64,000 nt of DNA from assembly GCF_004010195.1 (NCBI RefSeq), contig NC_057718.1:37258337-37322336 (forward strand). Direction: 5' to 3'. This document shows positions 37,955 through 50,601 of this stretch, one piece after another. How positions within the stretch are numbered: the first letter of the stretch is position 1; every line of letters begins with the position of its first letter. The DNA comes from Chiloscyllium plagiosum. Taxonomy: Eukaryota. A program made the position numbers and the translations under genes. The notes under the pieces were generated by a model. It was not told the DNA's origin and searched no databases. It was given only the letters and a program-made list of their open reading frames with translations.

Positions 37955-38596
37955 TGTGTTGCTGGAAAAGCGCAGCACGTCAGGCAGCATCCAAGGGGCA
38001 GGAGAATCGACGTTTCGGGCATGAGCTCTTCTTCAGGAATGAGGAGAGTGTGCCAAGTAGGCTAAGATAAAAGGTAGGGAGGAGGGACTTTGGAAATGCG
38101 ATAGGTGAAAGGAGGTTAAGGTGAGGGTGATAGGCTGGAGTAGGGGTGGGGGCGGAGAGGTCAGGAAGAAGATTGCAGGTTAGGAAGGTGGTGCTGAGTT
38201 CGAGGGTTGGGACTGAGACAAGGTGGGGGGAGGGGAAATGAGGAAACTGGAGAAATCTGAGTTCATCCCTTGTGGTTGTGGTTGTGGTTGACGTCACTTC
38301 CGCCCCCACCGACCTTGCAGCCTCCGCAATCGCCGCCCAGACAACCGCCTCCACGATCGCCAGGAAGACCATCGCCGACACCACAAGGGATGAACTTAGA
38401 TTTCTCCAGTTTCCTCATTTCCCCTCCCCCACCTTGTCTCAGTCCCAACCCTCGAACTCAGCACCACATTTCTAACCTGCAATCTTCTTCCTGACCGCTC
38501 CGCCCCCACCCCCACTCCGGCCGATCACCCTCACCTTAACTTCCTTTCACCTATCGCATTTCCAAAGTCCCTCCTCCCTACCTTTTATCTTAGCCT
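37955..38596. mobile_element. Penelope-like element end with ~218-bp inverted repeat and hammerhead
   Basis: Arms 38059-38276 and 38380-38596. Minus hammerhead at 38005-38040: ATTC-CTGAAGA-A-GAGC tcat GCCC-GAAAC-GTC-GATT. PQGMNLDFSSF resembles the GIY-YIG ORF terminus. Confidence 0.85.
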
Positions 38597-39205
38597 GTCC
38601 ACGTTTGGTATGCTTTCCTTTATTGGTCAGAGTATTGAGTATGGAAGTTGGGAGATCATGTTGCAGCTGTACAAGACATTGATTAGGCCACTGTTGGAAT
38701 ATTGTGTGCAATTCTGGTCTCCTTCCTATCGGAATGATGTTGTGAAACTTGAAAAGGTTCAGAAAAGATTTACAAGGATGTTGCCAGGGCTGAACAGGCT
38801 GGGGCTGTTTTCCCTGGAGCGTCGGAGGCTGAGGGGTGACCTTATAAAGGTTTAAAAAATTATGAGGGGCATTGATAAATAGGATAAATATATAAAGTCT
38901 TTTCCCTGGGGTCGGGGAGTCCAGAACTAGAGGGCATAGGTTTAGGGTGAGAGGGGAAAGATATTAAAGAGACCTAAGGGGCAACTTTTTCACGCAGAGG
39001 GTGGTACGTGTATGGAATGAGCTGCCAGAGGATGTGGTGGAGGCTGGTACAACTGCAACATTTAAGAGACATTTGGATGGGTATATGAATAGGAAGGGTT
39101 TAGAGGGATATGGGCTGGGTGCTGGCAGGTGGGATATCTGGTCGGCATGGACGGGTTGGACCAAAGGGTCTGTTTCCATGCTGTACATCTCTATGACTCT
39201 ATGAT
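38597..39205 (+). mobile_element. CR1 LINE 3' fragment
   Basis: LYKTLIRPLLEYCVQFWSP, VRVWNELPEDVVEAGT, (actctatg)n tail. Confidence 0.9.
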
Positions 39206-39562
39206 ACATTAGAGGCAATGAACACTTTGTTGCCCATGTCTGTCTTCATCGAGGGAAGACACCCAAAATATGGAAAATGTTCCACATTCTCCAGAAACTC
39301 ACAGTGAGTTTAATTGATGAGGGGAGATGTTGTGCCATGGGGGCTAGGTGGAAGAGGATCTTAGTGTCTTTGGAGCTTAATAAAGACTTATTTTCTTATA
39401 TGCTTAGAAGAAAGAACTGTGCCTATGGGAAAGTTGTGGGAAATGACATACAATGAGGAAATTGGAGAGGAGGGTCAGTGTGATGGCACAGCCATTTTTA
39501 TGTTGAAGAGAAATTGGGGGAGTGTGGGGAGAGGGATGAATGGTAAGTGGAGACAGAGCCCA

Positions 39563-39602
39563 GAGAGAGAGAGAGAGAGAGCCCAGTGAGCGAGAGAGAG
39601 AC
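39563..39602. repeat. Interrupted (GA)n microsatellite
   Basis: Read directly. Confidence 0.8.
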
Positions 39603-39759
39603 ATGAAAGGGGTAGACAGATGAGAGGATTATTGATAGCAAGCTAGGACAGATGAGAAGCTGACTAAGTCATAATAAGAGCTGAGAGATGGTGAGAATGG
39701 ATTTGATGTGCTGAAACCAAGTCATGTCATGACAGGCTCTAGGTGGAGAAGTGGGTAAA

Positions 39760-40330
39760 AAATATGGAAGGACAGAATCTGCCTCTAAAGTTATTGAATT
39801 CGATGTTGAGAATCTCAGAGGCTGCAGGATTCCGAAGTGCAAAATAAGATGTTGTTCTTCGAGCTTGCTTTGATGCTCACTGGAACACTGCAGCAGTATT
39901 GCAACAGAAATGTTGCCACAGGACCACAATAGTGTGATGAAATGTTAGGCAACTGGAAGCTTGGGGCCATTTTTAGACAGACCTTAGTGTGTTTTGTCTC
40001 CCCAGTGTAGAGGAGACCACATTGTGAACAGCAAAGGCAGTAGATTAGATTTAATGAAGTGCAGGTAGATGGCTGCTTTACTTGGAAGATGTGTCTGGGG
40101 CCTAAGATACTGAGGAGGGAGAAGTAAATAGCCAATTTCATGAGTAGGTGCCGGGGGAGTGTGAGGAGGTGTTGGGAATGGAGGAGGTGTGGTCCCGGGT
40201 GTCCCAGAGGGAATGTTGACAAGGGAGGAGGGGGCAATATGTGTCTGTTCATGGCAAACTGCTGAGGGTGATGGAAATAGTGGCTAATGATCCTTTGCAT
40301 GCAGATGCTGGTGGGATGGTAATTTAGGAC
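39760..40330 (-). mobile_element. Penelope GIY-YIG endonuclease remnant
   Basis: FQVKQPSTCTSLNLIYCLCCSQCGLLYTGETK and KLEEQHLILHFGILQP. Confidence 0.85.
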
Positions 40331-41179
40331 CGGGGAGCCATACTGCTGTTTTGGGAGGGAAGGAAAGGGATGAGGGCAGGAATGAGGGAGATGGGTCAGA
40401 CTCGGCTAAGGGCCCTGTCAACCACGTCAATGATGAGACAGATGGTGCAGCAGCCGGATCTCTTGTGTTTTTTAAAGGCATTTATCTGTCAATTTGAGGG
40501 AATGAGAAATAAAATCAGCTTTGTGCGTTTTTAATTGCCTCTTTTGTTTTTTTTCTTTCATCCCCTCCTCCCATCTCCCTTTCAGGACAGCAGCAGCTTA
40601 GCAGAGACTAATCCAACTGTACACAAGCAGTAAATATTCAATCACTTCTTGGGGCAGATTAAGATCTCAGTGCAAGACTTTGTGTCTTTTCATCGAAGCT
40701 TTAGGAGCTTTATCAGTTAATTGTGCAAACACAGAGGAATGTTTAATGATACTGAAAAGAAGCCTGTGATTTATTTAATTTTTCACTTTGCTTGGGAATT
40801 CTACCTGTGGAGCCCTAACAATAAGGGGGCTAAGAGTATAAGGAAATGCAAATCAGGTTTATGGAAACCTTTGTTGTGTATGCTTTTGTGTACCACTTGT
40901 TGAGTGAATATATTTAAAAAGTTAATTAAACACCTCACACCGGTGCGCTCAGACAGCTGTACTTAACCATTGGAGAAGCAATGCTTGAGAGAAACTGGTA
41001 TACCACAGATTGTCTCTGGCTTTGGTCACTCTTTACTCATTGCATATAATAACCTCTTGATATGCTTCAATGATAAGACAGCAGCAGTACTTTACACAGC
41101 AAATTAGTGAAGGAGTTGATCTTCAGTATTGCTGCAAGAGCATTAATATCTTCCATTTCAAATAAACAATGGCATTTCA

Positions 41180-42165
41180 TGATCAAAAGAATTAACATTT
41201 ATATAGTGCCCTTAATACAACAAAACATTGTTCTTACAAAAACAAAATATGATGCTGAGCAATATAAATAGATGCTATGCTATTTGACCATAGGATCAAA
41301 GAGGTTGGTTTTAAGGCACATCTTAAAGGAGGAAAATTAAGTGAGAGGTGTAGGGATTCAATTCCAGAGTTTGGGACCTAGGCAACTGAAAGCACAGCTA
41401 CCACTCGTGACCTAGTTAAAATCTTTGATGCTCAAGAAATCAGAATTCAACACATGTAGAGATTTTGCCCGTCTGTGGGCCTGGAGGAGATCGTGCGACA
41501 GAGAGAGTGGGGAGGGAAAGATCTTGAAGGAATTTGCAAACTGAAAGAGAATTTTAAATCAAAACAATGCTTGGTCAGGAGTCTATGTAGGTCTTTGAGC
41601 ATAGTGGAAGAAAATTGGTGCGAATTAGGATGTGACACAATTTTGGATGACTTCAGGTGAGTAATCAAGACAAGAAGGATGAGCTGAGGCGGGGTGAAGT
41701 TGAGCAATCTTACAGAGGTGGAAATAGGTCATCTTGGTTCATAGAAATCATGCGAACTCCATACAGACAATTGCCCAAGGCTAGAATCAAACCTGGGTCC
41801 CTGGCGCTGTGAGGCAGCAGTGCTAACCACTGAGCCACTGTGCTGCCCTTAAATATAAATATGTTTCAAATGTACAGTGGAAAGCTATTATCATGGTCAA
41901 TAACATTGTCAAAGCTACTAACAATCTTGTTTAGTCTGAGACAATTTCAGGGAGAAGGATAAATTTGGCAGATAGGGAATGGAGCCATGAGCAGAAAGAA
42001 AAACAAAGGCTTTGGTCAATATTTAATTAGAGATTCAATGCAGCACTGGAGATTGGATAAACAATTTGATAATTTATCAACAGTGAAGTAGTTGAGGGAG
42101 GTGGTATGATGAGGAACTGGCTGTCATCAGTGTACATATGAAAACTAACCCTGATACAAGGTGGA
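41180..42165 (-). mobile_element. Old L2-like LINE fragments
   Basis: Reverse 3' tail acatttatatagtgcc...; LKDLHRLLTKHCFDLK; gtcatcagtgtacat (reverse of a YADD-like MYTDD). Interrupted by a SINE head. Confidence 0.55.
41745..41849 (-). mobile_element. V-SINE 5' fragment
   Basis: cctgggtccctggcgctgtgaggcagcagtgctaaccactgagcca. Confidence 0.85.
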
Positions 42166-45100
42166 TGACAAGGGAAGTTCAATCTATTCCTATTCACGCA
42201 TAAAGAACCTACAGATGTCCATCAAAGTATCCAACCATTTCCTGAACAAATTTAGAGATGAATAATACAAATTTCTGTTTCCTAAACTGTAGTGCTCATC
42301 AGGCACGGGGAACTTACCCTTTGGATGCTGGGACCTTCAAAGCATCATCGTACAGTGCACATAGTAATCTGACCCAGATGTGGCTGAAGCACTTGGAACC
42401 TAATGGTACACTAGGTTTGTTAAATTCTAATTAAAATGCAGATTTGGAAAGGACTCCATTATGCTATTAAAATTTACAAACAATGTTCTGTTGACTCACT
42501 CTGTCTTTAATCGTCATTGAATGGAAGATCGGCTCCTTTAGGTGTGCCCTTGCTCACAAAGCTACATTATTTGTTAATTTTTGTAACTGCTAGCAAAGTT
42601 GCAGGCTTTGCATGAATGGATTTCACTTAACCTTCCATGAATTTGTGGCTATTCTTTGACTCCAATAGGTCATTTAAGTGCATCAATGCTTGTTTCATGG
42701 CACCTATGGTAGTCATCAATGGCATCAGTCTGACTTGAAAAGGTCACCTGATTACCATTGGTGCACAAGTGTTTCAGCATAAATTGTTTCCACTTCACTG
42801 TGTTTTGTATGGCTGTCACAATAAACTGACTCTTCTATTTCACTGCAAAGCAGTGCAACAAATATTTACAATTTTGCCACTGTCTACAACAATGTGCCAA
42901 ATCTTGCAGTTATTCAAATAATGCTTTATACTGTTTCTTGATGGCTGATGATTGGAGACCAGAACCTGGATTCCTTCAATCAAGTTGAAGAAATTGTGCT
43001 AATTTTCAGTGTTTTGACTCACTGTTGCCAAGAGAAAGCTGGTTCAGTGCTTAACAGGGAATGGTTCAACAGGTAAAATCCAGAAATGACTTAAACATCA
43101 GGATGTAGGGGATAGTAGTGTGGCCCAAGTTTTGATTTGCCTGGGAGGTGGTTGAGGGGAGAAGGGGTGGTGGTATGCGGGTGTAAAATTGGCCTTGTGG
43201 AATGATTTACCTGTTTCCTTCTGGACACTTTTAAATAGAGAATGGGCACTGGGCATTACAGTGAACTGCACACAACCAGGAGCTAGCCAGTAAAATCTCC
43301 TAAAGTGTACATTGAAGGCCTTGGGGCGCTGCTCAGTCAGTGGTCAGGCCCAACAGCTGAATCCCAGTCAGGTCAGTGAGGCAGCTTGGGCGAGTGTCTC
43401 AAATGCCTTTTTTAACCTCCATAATAGCTATGTCTGTTGGACAGTAATAGCCATAAGTCACACAATGGTGGAGTTACCCCTTGAAATTGGAGGTCTGCAG
43501 CTGTGATCTATATAAGTTTCAACTTTAAATTCAGAAATATTTTCAGAGGGTGGTCCCTCCAGCCCCTATTGAAGTGCCCTTCCTGTCTTACTTACACCAG
43601 TAGTTCCTACCTCCAACAGTGAGGCTGTTGATCACTCAGGGTTGGAAGGCCTTCTATTAGACTTCCAGCCACAGGTAACCACCTACAACCTGAACCATCC
43701 AGTAACACATGCCCGATGACTGGATGCACACAAATTTTATTGGGCCTAAGGACCGATGAGATGTGAAGTTCAACACTGAAGATACACAGGAGTTTTGTGT
43801 GTGAACTCAACCTCAAAACCACCAATGAGTTGGGGGTAGGGGGAAAGCTAGGTCAGCAGGGACAAGGCTGACAGGATGAGTTTGTGGGATGCACAGACTG
43901 GATGGGGGAATGGGTTGAGACAAGGTCAGTGGGATGTAGGAGATGAGATCAGAGGGCACCGGGCTAGGGAAGGAGGGAGAACAAGGTTACTAGGGGAGGG
44001 TGGGAATGGGAAGTGGAGTTGGTGAGGCCAGGAGCCAGGGAGTGAGGCTGGTGTGGTCATGGTTTGGGGAGTGAGGTTGGAGGCCTGGGAGACAGAAATG
44101 AAGCAAGGTTGCAAGTTTGAGAGAGGAGCTGCAAAGGGAGAAATGGTCTGCAAAAAGGAGAGCAAGTCTGCAAAGGGGAGAGGGACAAAAGAGAAGCAAA
44201 GAGGTGGAAAGGGGAGAGAGGAATTTAAACATTTCAAAAAGGGAATACCCAGCCAACTGGGAACCAGGAAAACTGAAGTAATTAATTCTTTTCAGATGAC
44301 TTGCTGTCTCTCACCTAACGCTGCATAAGTTCAGGAACTACCATTTGGGGGGAAATTATATGTGTGAATTTATAGTGAATAACTTGTCAATTGTATCATT
44401 TAATATTGATCCATTTTCATACGATTTGGATTTACAAGTTATCATGATACAAAGTGTCATACAGGCTTGTGTAGCAGAGACAGTGTTAGAAACAAACATG
44501 GAGCTATGACTCCCCAGTCCACAGCCAGTGTGTTTAAGATGCTGAACTTTTGTGTATGCAAGTGTATTATGTTTTAAAATATCACTTGTGATTAACTTGC
44601 GCCTTTTGTCTTGTGCCATTTAAAATAGCATGGTGTCAGGGAAATTAGTGCTTTAATTGTATATTGTGCTTTAATTTTAATGAAGCAGTGATGATTATTA
44701 ATTAATTCTAATTTTGCATCAGTTTGATTGCAAAGCCCTCTATATGTTAACACAAATACAAAAGACATTGATAGTATGTGACTGCATCACCTAATAACTG
44801 AGTTAGCGACAATGGAACAGGAGCCCATGATAATCAAAAATAGTCCTGTAGAAAATCTAAAGATGAACTCTTCAAAATAAATTATTTTGACCCCTGGTGC
44901 TGATGTTCATGTCCTGACCACAAAAAAAATCCTGCTCACTGTGTCTGTCTATTGTCATTTGGGTTTATGCTTATTTCACATGAACTTTGTGATTGTTCAA
45001 TTGAGAATCTGCCTAATGTATTAAAAAATAGTCTACTTTGCACTGGGCTGCTGTTTGCCCTGATGACATTGTCTGAAAGATTGACAAAGACACTTTTTCT

Positions 45101-45989
45101 ACATACCTGAGAGAAGGAACAAAAAGACCACTCACATCCATATTTGCACTTGATGGTGTATGGAAAATTGTAAGAAAATCCATTGAGTGTTACATTCAAA
45201 GTACACCCAGCTTATTGTGAGTGTGTCAGGCACATTGCAAAGTAACCCACAAAGATTATCCCTGGTTACAGAAGCCAAAACAAAATGCCGTGTGGTTTGG
45301 CTGCAAGCACATAGGAAATTAAACAAGGATAAAATAAGGATACTAAATGTTATTAGTCTATTTTGGATCACAGTGGAAATTTGAAGTGCTTTTAAAAATT
45401 AGCTTTCATCATTATTGTCATTCACATTATTTTGTTAAAGGAGCATGCCCCATATACCTCTCTGTACCTTTTTTAATTTACTTGTGGTATCTGGATAATG
45501 CTTAGGGGCAAATTTGTGGTCCATCATCTCTTGACCTGAGTATGTTGTTGGGCATTCTTCTAAAACCACTGCAATTCTTTCATGATGGTGTGTCCACAAT
45601 GGTGTTAGAATTTCAGAACATTGAGCTGGTGACAGTGAAGTGATACGCATGCCAATTCTGTAATGGGTGGAAGGTTATTGATATGTCCATTCACTGTTTA
45701 TCCACAGCTGGTTAATTTTCATACAAATATGTGACAAAAAACAGCCTTCAAAAAAAGTATTTCAAATTTCAGAATGACCTTGCATTCAGAGAAATGGTAA
45801 GGTTCTCAAAAGTGACCTGTGCTACCATGAAAAAGATCTAACAAACCCAGAAAAGAGGGCTTCAATAATATAAATAAGCACCACTGCAGTAAGTATGGAT
45901 ATAAATGGCATTTCCTTACAGTCAAAGAATTGAAAGACTGGATTGTCAGTACAATGGCATAGATGCTAAATTTTGTTCGTCATGGCCCT

Positions 45990-46567
45990 GCAAGCTTCAT
46001 ATCTTCTGACAGGCTCTTGTAGCCATTGTATTTATATAGCTCATATGTCATCTACTGTATCCATTGCACCAAATGTGGTCTCCTCTACATCAGGAAGACA
46101 GGATGCCTACTTGCAAATTGTTTCAGAAAACATCTCTGGGACACCTGCACCAACCAACCCCACCACCCCTTATCTGAACACTTCAATGCCCCCTCCCACT
46201 TCGCCAAGGACATGCCTCTTCCATTGCCAAACCCTTACCATCTGATGCCTTGGGACCCTGCAAACACATGGGATCAATGTGGATTTCACCAGTTTCCTCA
46301 TTTCCCCTCTCCCCACATTATCCCTGTCCAAGCCTCCAACTCGGTACCACCGGAAGATGGGGGGGGGGGGGGGGCCGGGGGGGGGAAGGTAGCCCCTCCC
46401 ATTTATCTCTCAGCCCCCCCCGGCCCACAAGCCTCATTCCTGATGAAGGGCTTATACCCAAAACATTGATTCTCCTGCTCCTCAAATGCTGCCTGACCTG
46501 CTGTGCTTTTCCAGCACCACTCCCTCGACTCCGATCTCCAGCACCTGCAGTCTTCGCATTCTCCTAT
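45990..46567 (+). mobile_element. Penelope 3' end: GIY-YIG remnant plus family-A terminal repeat with decayed hammerhead
   Basis: VIYCIHCTKCGLLYIRKTG...FRKHL...EHFN; attcCTGATGAAGGGcttatACCCAAAACATTGATT at 46436-46471. Confidence 0.85.
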
Positions 46568-46569
46568 TT

Positions 46570-46760
46570 ATATAGCTGATCCAGTTTAGTTTCTGGTCAA
46601 TGATAAACCACAGAATGTTGATCATGTTGGATGCAGTGATTATAATCCCATTGAATAGCAAAGAACAATGGTTAGATTCTCTCTTCTTGGTCAGTGATTG
46701 GTATTTGTTTGGCACAAATGTTACTTCCGCTTTTCAGCAGAAGTCTGGAAATAAGTCTGG
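46570..46760 (-). mobile_element. LINE RT fragment (same family as 35970-36130)
   Basis: LLFNGIIIT...INILWFIIDQKLNW. Confidence 0.6.
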
Positions 46761-48019
46761 CATAATTAGTTAAAAAAAATGAAAATTGCTTAATAGCTAT
46801 TACAGAAATGTGGCAATTGGGTGACAGTGACTAGGATCTCAGTTTTCAACATGCCAGAAAAATAGATAAAAAGGGAAAGCAAGTAGGTAGCTTTGTTAGT
46901 AAGGGAAAATATCAATGCTGGTAGTTGGTAATATAGGTGCAATAGGTCATCATGGGGAATTAGTTTGGGTAGAAATAAGGAGCAGAAGGGACAAAAATCA
47001 TGGTGGGAGTTGTCAATAGGCTCCTGGGAGTCACCTCACAAAGTACAAATCAGGAAATAATGGATATATATAATGAGGACACTATAACTGCTGTAAATGA
47101 TTTTAAGCTGCATATTGACTGGATATGCAAGAGTGATATGGAGAATGAATTTGTAGAGAGCATCGGGGACTGCTTTTTCCAGCAGTATGTTACACACTCA
47201 GGATTTGGCTATTTCAGATCCAGTAATGTGTAATCAGGTAGGATTAATAAGATTAAGGATCCTCACGGGGAGAATTTTAAACTCAGTTTGAAGAACAACC
47301 AAGGTTTAACCACTGTCCTCAACTTCAATAAGGACAGTTGCAGACTCACGAAGACAGGTTCCTCTAAAGCCAGCTTTGAACATAGAGAAAAGGGAAAATC
47401 AATGGAGAAGTAATAGTAGATTTTAATTTAAACAAATATTTCATAATGTTCAGCAAAAATTTATCCTGGTCAAAGCAAGTCGATATGAAGGATGCATCAC
47501 CCATGGTTAACAAAGGCAATGAGGGAGAGTATCCAATCAAAATCTCAGTTGCATGTGCAACTGGGGAATTGATATTGGAAAATAGATAAATGGCAGATAA
47601 GTTAACTCAATATTTTGCATTGTTCTTCATGGTGGAGAGCACTATAAACATTTCAAAGATATCAGATAAACAAGGCGCTAATGGGAGGAAAGATCGTATT
47701 GCAGTTTCTGTCATGAGGGACAAGGTATTTGACAACCTTATGGGACTAAAGACAGACAAGTCACCGGGATCTGATAGCTTGTATCCAAGGGTTTTATTGG
47801 AAGTAGTTGCAGAAGTACTGGAGGCATTGGTTACAATATTCTAGAACTTACTGGATCCGGGAGAGTTCCAGCAGATTGGAAAACCGCTAGTGTGACCCAT
47901 CCCTTCAAGAAGGCAGGGAGACAGAAAGCAAGAAGCTAAAGACCAGTTAGCCGAATACATTTCCCCCATCAGGAAAATGTTCAAGTCCATCATTCAGGAA
48001 GAAATAGCAGGAAATTGGA

Positions 48020-48135
48020 GATGCTGGTGTTGGACTGGGATGTACAAAGTTAAAAATCACACGACACCAGATCATAGTCCAACAGATTTAATAGGAAGGA
48101 CTAGCTTTTGGAGCACCGCTCCTTTATCAGGTGGT
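48020..48135 (-). mobile_element. Family-C Penelope terminal repeat nested in CR1
   Basis: Minus CAC-CTGATAA-A-GGAGC ggt GCTCC-AAAA-GCTA. Confidence 0.7.
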
Positions 48136-49022
48136 CGTGGCTGTTTAGAGAACCTTACTGCAATCAAACAGAGGCAACATGATTTTGTAAAAGAAAAGTT
48201 TTCTAGAGCTCTTTGAGGATATAACTAGTGGAGTTCATTAAGGATGCATTCAGAAGGCATTCAAGAAGGCGCCCACAAAGATTATTGCACAAGATAGGAG
48301 TTCACGGTACTGAGGATAATATATTAGCATGGATTGAGGATTGGTTTACACACAGAAGACAGAAAGTCAGGATTAATGAATGGGTCTTTTCAGATTGGAA
48401 AGGTGCAACTTGTGGAATGCAACAAGGATTAATTGTAGAGCCTGAATTATTTAGAATCAGCTTGGCAGATGGAGTTTAATATAGGAAAGTGTGAGGTGCA
48501 TGCATTTCGGTAAGAGAATCAAAAGGCAGATTCTACTTTAAATGGATAGAGACTCCAAAAATGTGCAACACAGGGATTTAGAGTGTTCTTGTGCATTAAA
48601 CACAAAAGTTAGCATGCAAGTGCAACAGGTAATTAAGAAGGAAAATGTTGGCCTTTATTGCTAGGAGGTTAAACTTTAAAAGTAGAATAGTCTTGTTACA
48701 ACTGTAGTAGGTGTGCGAGGCCACACCTGGAGTATGGTGTACAGTTTTGCTTCCTGTACTTTAAATTGAATCATTCATTCATTAGATTGATTCCTGGGAT
48801 GACTAATCAATAACAGCTAAACAGGGTAGATATTTTTCATTAGAGATGCGAAGAACAAGGGGTGACCTTACTGAAACAAATTAAGTTTTGTGGAGCCATG
48901 GCAGAGGTAAATGTTGAGAAAATGTTTCCACTAGTGGGGGAATCTTGAACTGTGGGAGCAGAGTGACAAAGCTTTCCAAAGTTACTCATTTAAAATTGAG
49001 ATGCAAAGAAATATCTTCCCGA

Positions 49023-49316
49023 AAGGGTGGCACAGTTATTAGCGCTGCTGCCTGACAGAGCAAAGGACCCAGGTTCGATTTCACCCTCGGGCGATTATCT
49101 ATGTGGAGTTTGCCCATTCTCCCTGTGTCTGCATGGGTTCCCTTTGGGTGCTCTAGTTTCCTCACACTGCCCAAAGATGTGCAGGTTAGGTGGATTAGCC
49201 ATGGAAAATGCAGGATTACAGGGATATGGGGGTGTGCCTGGGTGGGATGCTCTTTGGAGGGTTAATGTAGACTTGACGAGCGAAATGGCCTGCTTTCACA
49301 CTGTCGGGATTCTATG
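49023..49316 (+). mobile_element. V-SINE nested in the CR1 3' region
   Basis: tRNA head, V-domain, tail cacactgtcgggattctatg. Confidence 0.85.
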
Positions 49317-50099
49317 AGAGGATTGCAAATTTCTGGAATTCTCTACTCAAGAGATTGTGGAGGTTAGAATACTTGGAAGAACTTAAAGAGTAAGTGAATA
49401 GATTTTTAAAAATAGCAGCAAGTTGTCAGCTATGCTGAGCTGGACAAAAGAAGAGTTGAGGCTTGGGGCCATAAGCTTACTGAATGGCAGAGCAGGCTGG
49501 AGAAGCTGAATGAGCTACTCTGCCTCCTGTTTCTTGTATTCGTAATACTGTCTCAAGGACAATTAAGGATTGGCGATAAATACGGTTCCTCCTGCCAAAA
49601 ATCACATTCTCTGAATAAATAAAAATGTAATTGAACTCAATTTTCTAAACTTGCTTCTCCTCCACCTTCCTCAAACATGATGTATAATCTTGCTTTATTG
49701 TATCTTTCCATTTATATTATTTTCACATTGAATGATGTTTAAATAATATACATTTTATATATTTTATCAAACATTTTTGGATGTCTCAACATTTATCATC
49801 CATGATTCCATGGACTAGTGGGAGTAACCATGGTTAGGCTCAAAGTTATATTCCATATTATAGCTTTACCACAGATTATGTTAGACTATGAATGTGCACA
49901 AGTGATGACAGAGTTCAGGATGAAATAAGATCAATATGACAACAATATTTTTTTGATTTATGTGAAGACTGTGACTGTAAGTAAAGCTTTCCAAATTCTA
50001 AACTTTAAAGACTAAAAACAAAATGCATCGTCACTTAAAAGATGGAATTCCCATTTGCTGTCAACCTCCTAACAATCTTCACAAAATATCATAGATTGA

Positions 50100-50300
50100 C
50101 AAGTCAAATAGCCATAGCCATAGCAGATCATAGAACTGTTTTCTTTAGAGAGAGAAAAAGAAAACTGATGATTTAACCTAAGGGCCAGCATACCTAAGGC
50201 AAGGGGAGAAGTTGAGTCCTTCATGGTAACGGGAATTAAACTGACCCTGTCAGCATCACACTGCTTCATAAACCAACCGTCCAGCCAACTGAGCTAAAAT
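50100..50300 (-). mobile_element. tRNA-derived SINE (same family as 3140-3362); an inverted 3' piece lies at 50785-50915
   Basis: gagtccttcatggtaac...aaaccaaccgtccagccaactgagctaa. Confidence 0.6.
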
Positions 50301-50467
50301 AAACTGCACATTACTAATTAAAGGAATAGGTCTGAGAACTGATTACCCTTTTCTCACTCTATTTTGTCTTATGACAGAACATGGCATTTTGAGAATTTTC
50401 TCATGAGGAAAGATGTGCAAAGTAGAGAAGCCACTGAGATGAGAGACAAAGAACTCAGACTAAATGA

Positions 50468-50601
50468 ATAAAGGCAAATTACTGCAGACGCTAGAAATCT
50501 GAAACAAACAAACATAGAGAATACAGGAGAAACACGGCAGGTCAGGTAGCACCTGTGGACAGAGAAATAGAGTTAGCATTTCAAGACTCTTCTTCAGAAC
50601 A
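50468..50601 (-). mobile_element. Family-B Penelope terminal repeat, hammerhead partly deleted
   Basis: Minus gttCTGAAGAAGAGTCttGAAAtgctaactct, followed by the tail. Confidence 0.7.

Larger units (their letters stand above)
46780..49545 (+). mobile_element. Old degenerate CR1 LINE (APE-RT-3' end) with nested insertions
   Basis: IAITEMW, DKSPGSDSLYPRVLLEVVAE, NILAWIEDWFTHRRQKV, CR1 3' UTR. Confidence 0.85.

Noticed and set aside
38270..38494. Proline-rich ORF
   Set aside because: Lies in the spacer and arm of a Penelope inverted repeat; no exon context.
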